DNA of 64,000 bases from Neodothiora populina (Eukaryota): NCBI RefSeq assembly GCF_041146345.1, contig NW_027191406.1, positions 124,001 to 188,000 of the forward strand, given 5' to 3'. The translations under genes were made by a program, and so were the position numbers. The notes under the pieces are model-generated. The model was not told where the DNA came from, made no database searches, and saw only the letters and a program-made list of their open reading frames with translations. Shown here piece by piece: positions 62,052-64,000 of this stretch (positions are counted from its first letter, which is position 1; each line of letters opens with the position of its first letter).

Positions 62052-63417
62052 TCAATCCCAAACTCCCAGCGTCGAGTCCGGTGCTCGCTGCCTGCGCGGA
62101 TTTCTACCTTCAATTTCACGAATCAAGTCGTTCCGTATGCATCTGATCATACTGTTCATGATATCTCTAGTATGTAAATAGCTAGCTTCATTGTCATGTG
62201 ACATTCGGAGTGGCGGAGACCAGTTCTTCCACAGGTTGTTGTGACCAGGGCGAAGGGCAAAGTTGCCTGGGTGGAAACGCATGTACAGGCTGCAGCAGTA
62301 GCAAGATGGCTTACTACAACCGATGTAACGTTCATCGAACACGAATCGTAAGTTTCGAGAGTGAAAATGCTCCATCAGAAATACTTCGGCATGCACTCTG
62401 GGTATGAATGTTTTGCTTTCGTACATCTCTCTAAACCATAGGGCTACGCCGTCTCTCATGCTGGCCAGTGCAGAGCAGAGTTGCTCAACACGGTCTTGCT
62501 GATCATGAGATACCATGCGCTTCAGGGCGCTTTCCAAAGTGGTCTTTTGATCTGGGGCGGGTGCTTTTGGTGCTGCTGGAATCTCAAGATACTTGACGGT
62601 ATGACCGTCAACCCATGCTGGATACATCGAGATTGTATCAATGAGCGAGCACGAACTTCTATGCCAGCTTGAGAGGCGGCCGATACTATGTCGGATTCTC
62701 GACCAGACTGAGCCCTCTCCGCTACTGCGGGCCAGGTTCGAGAGTGTCCCAAGCTTGCCAGATTCATGAAATACCGCAGCTCTGTGACAGAGTTCTTGGT
62801 ACGTAAAGCTCTCCCAGGTAGACAATTGAAGGACCGTATCAAGATCATCTACTCTCGATGATGAGAAATTATTACATAAGTTGTTCGGATCATTGAGTTA
62901 TTCGGATCATTGACTTACTCGATATCTGTGACATTGCTCCCGATTCACGAGCTTCCTTGACTGCGCCGCTGAGCTTTTTCGCGTAACTTACGGCTTTTTT
63001 CTTGCCGAACTTGATACATCTTCCGAGCATGATATTCTTTGCTACATCCTTCTCGTCTTCGGAGGCGTTGTTGAAGCTGGCAAGATGTTCCAACAGCCAG
63101 CGTAGGTGTCCGTTTTGCTTGGGAAGCCATCCAGCAAGCCAGAAGACGGGTCCTGCAGGTTTCGTTTCAACCGCAATGGAGCAAGTCGTCTTGCCACCAT
63201 TTTCGGGATCACACAGTTCGCAAAGATTGTCCAGGAATCTGCGCCAGTCCATTATCGTGTTGCCTCGCAGCTGTGTCGACGAGAAGTCAGGCTCGCCGGC
63301 ACCTCTATTCGGATTGATGATCGAGAGCAAGAGCAATGGCTCGTAGAACCGATGACGAAGCCTCTCGATGGGGTCAAGTCTGGGACGGCCAACTCTAGGG
63401 CTGGCTGTAGAAGTCAT
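62052..63417 (-). CDS. OTT_1508-like nucleic acid/nucleotide deaminase, 2 exons
   Basis: Exon 63417-62919, intron GTAAGT..TAG 62918-62849, exon 62848-62052, in frame. Zinc-deaminase motifs VHAE and YIGCSKPSCYCC, then H.NLW..W; N-terminal RFYEPLLLL and RRFLDNLCELCD..GG.T. Confidence 0.85.
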
Positions 63418-64000
63418 GTTGAAGGTTTCGATTATGTGGCAATCTGCTAAAGTAGAAGCAGCTTGATATATTGGGATATTGCCACCTATTCACAGGCATT
63501 ATAGACACCTCCAAGATCACCTAACATGACTGACACTTGAATCCTGATCCATGTTCTGCATGGCTCAGAGCCCTTGACGTCGCCGATCAAGCGACTGTCA
63601 AGATATCTGCGATGACATGCCAGGGATAGCCCGCCAACTCATCCTGGACAGCGCATGAGAATCCTGTCAATGGAATAGACTTTACAGTGGGCAGGTTTTT
63701 TGATCCCCAATACCACACCGTCAGTCCAGCATCCCAGGATATACCTGAGCATGGAGCGGGTACATCCAGAATAATGCAATCGTTTGATCGCGGGCAGAAC
63801 CACCTGATGCTTGTCGACATATGTTTGAAGTCATGCAGCATCCCGTCCAAAGGGAGCGATAATTTGCCAAAGATCCGGATGTGGGGCTGATACACACCAG
63901 GTCCTTGATACAACTGACCTGGTCTTGCTTGTTGACGTGTAGTTCACATCTTCCACGATCCAACAAAAGCCTTGCAGATCGAAGTACGATATCCCGATCC

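Noticed and set aside
63587..64000. Short ORFs at the right edge of the window
   Set aside because: All frames contain stops and none has a recognisable domain. It may be a decayed gene continuing outside the window.
1..64000. CRISPR arrays, rRNA, transposases or LTRs
   Set aside because: None were seen; this is intron-containing fungal nuclear DNA without such motifs.

Overview
Eukaryotic genomic DNA from a filamentous ascomycete (Pezizomycotina, probably a Dothideomycete by my impression; not verified). Genes have short GT-AG introns with CTRAC-type branch points. Positions 1 to ~58.4 kb are a gene-dense core region: PTH11-like receptor, GAP1-like permease, RDR1-like Zn2Cys6 factor, SNX41, BMT6-like methyltransferase, ferric reductase, PUS1, OMA1, VMS1, two ZIP transporters, an F-box-like/TPR protein, an SSU1/TDT channel, carbonyl reductase, SRP72, two intron-containing tRNAs (Asp-GTC, Gly-CCC), an F-box/WD40 protein, an epimerase, PDA1, PIC2 and an MCR1-like reductase. 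From ~58.6 kb the content looks accessory: a kinase broken by one extra base, an orphan gene broken by an in-frame TAG, and an intact OTT_1508-like nucleic-acid deaminase. The three best unexplained signals are (1) a ~400-nt nested fold-back with a two-hairpin head behind a TATA box at 5854-6249, a candidate structured ncRNA; (2) the deaminase island with its two disrupted neighbours; and (3) a two-exon 72-aa microprotein gene at 24580-24912 that the ORF track misses. All product calls come from recognising motifs by eye; no searches or folding programs were run. Coordinates of multi-exon genes span the first to last coding base.
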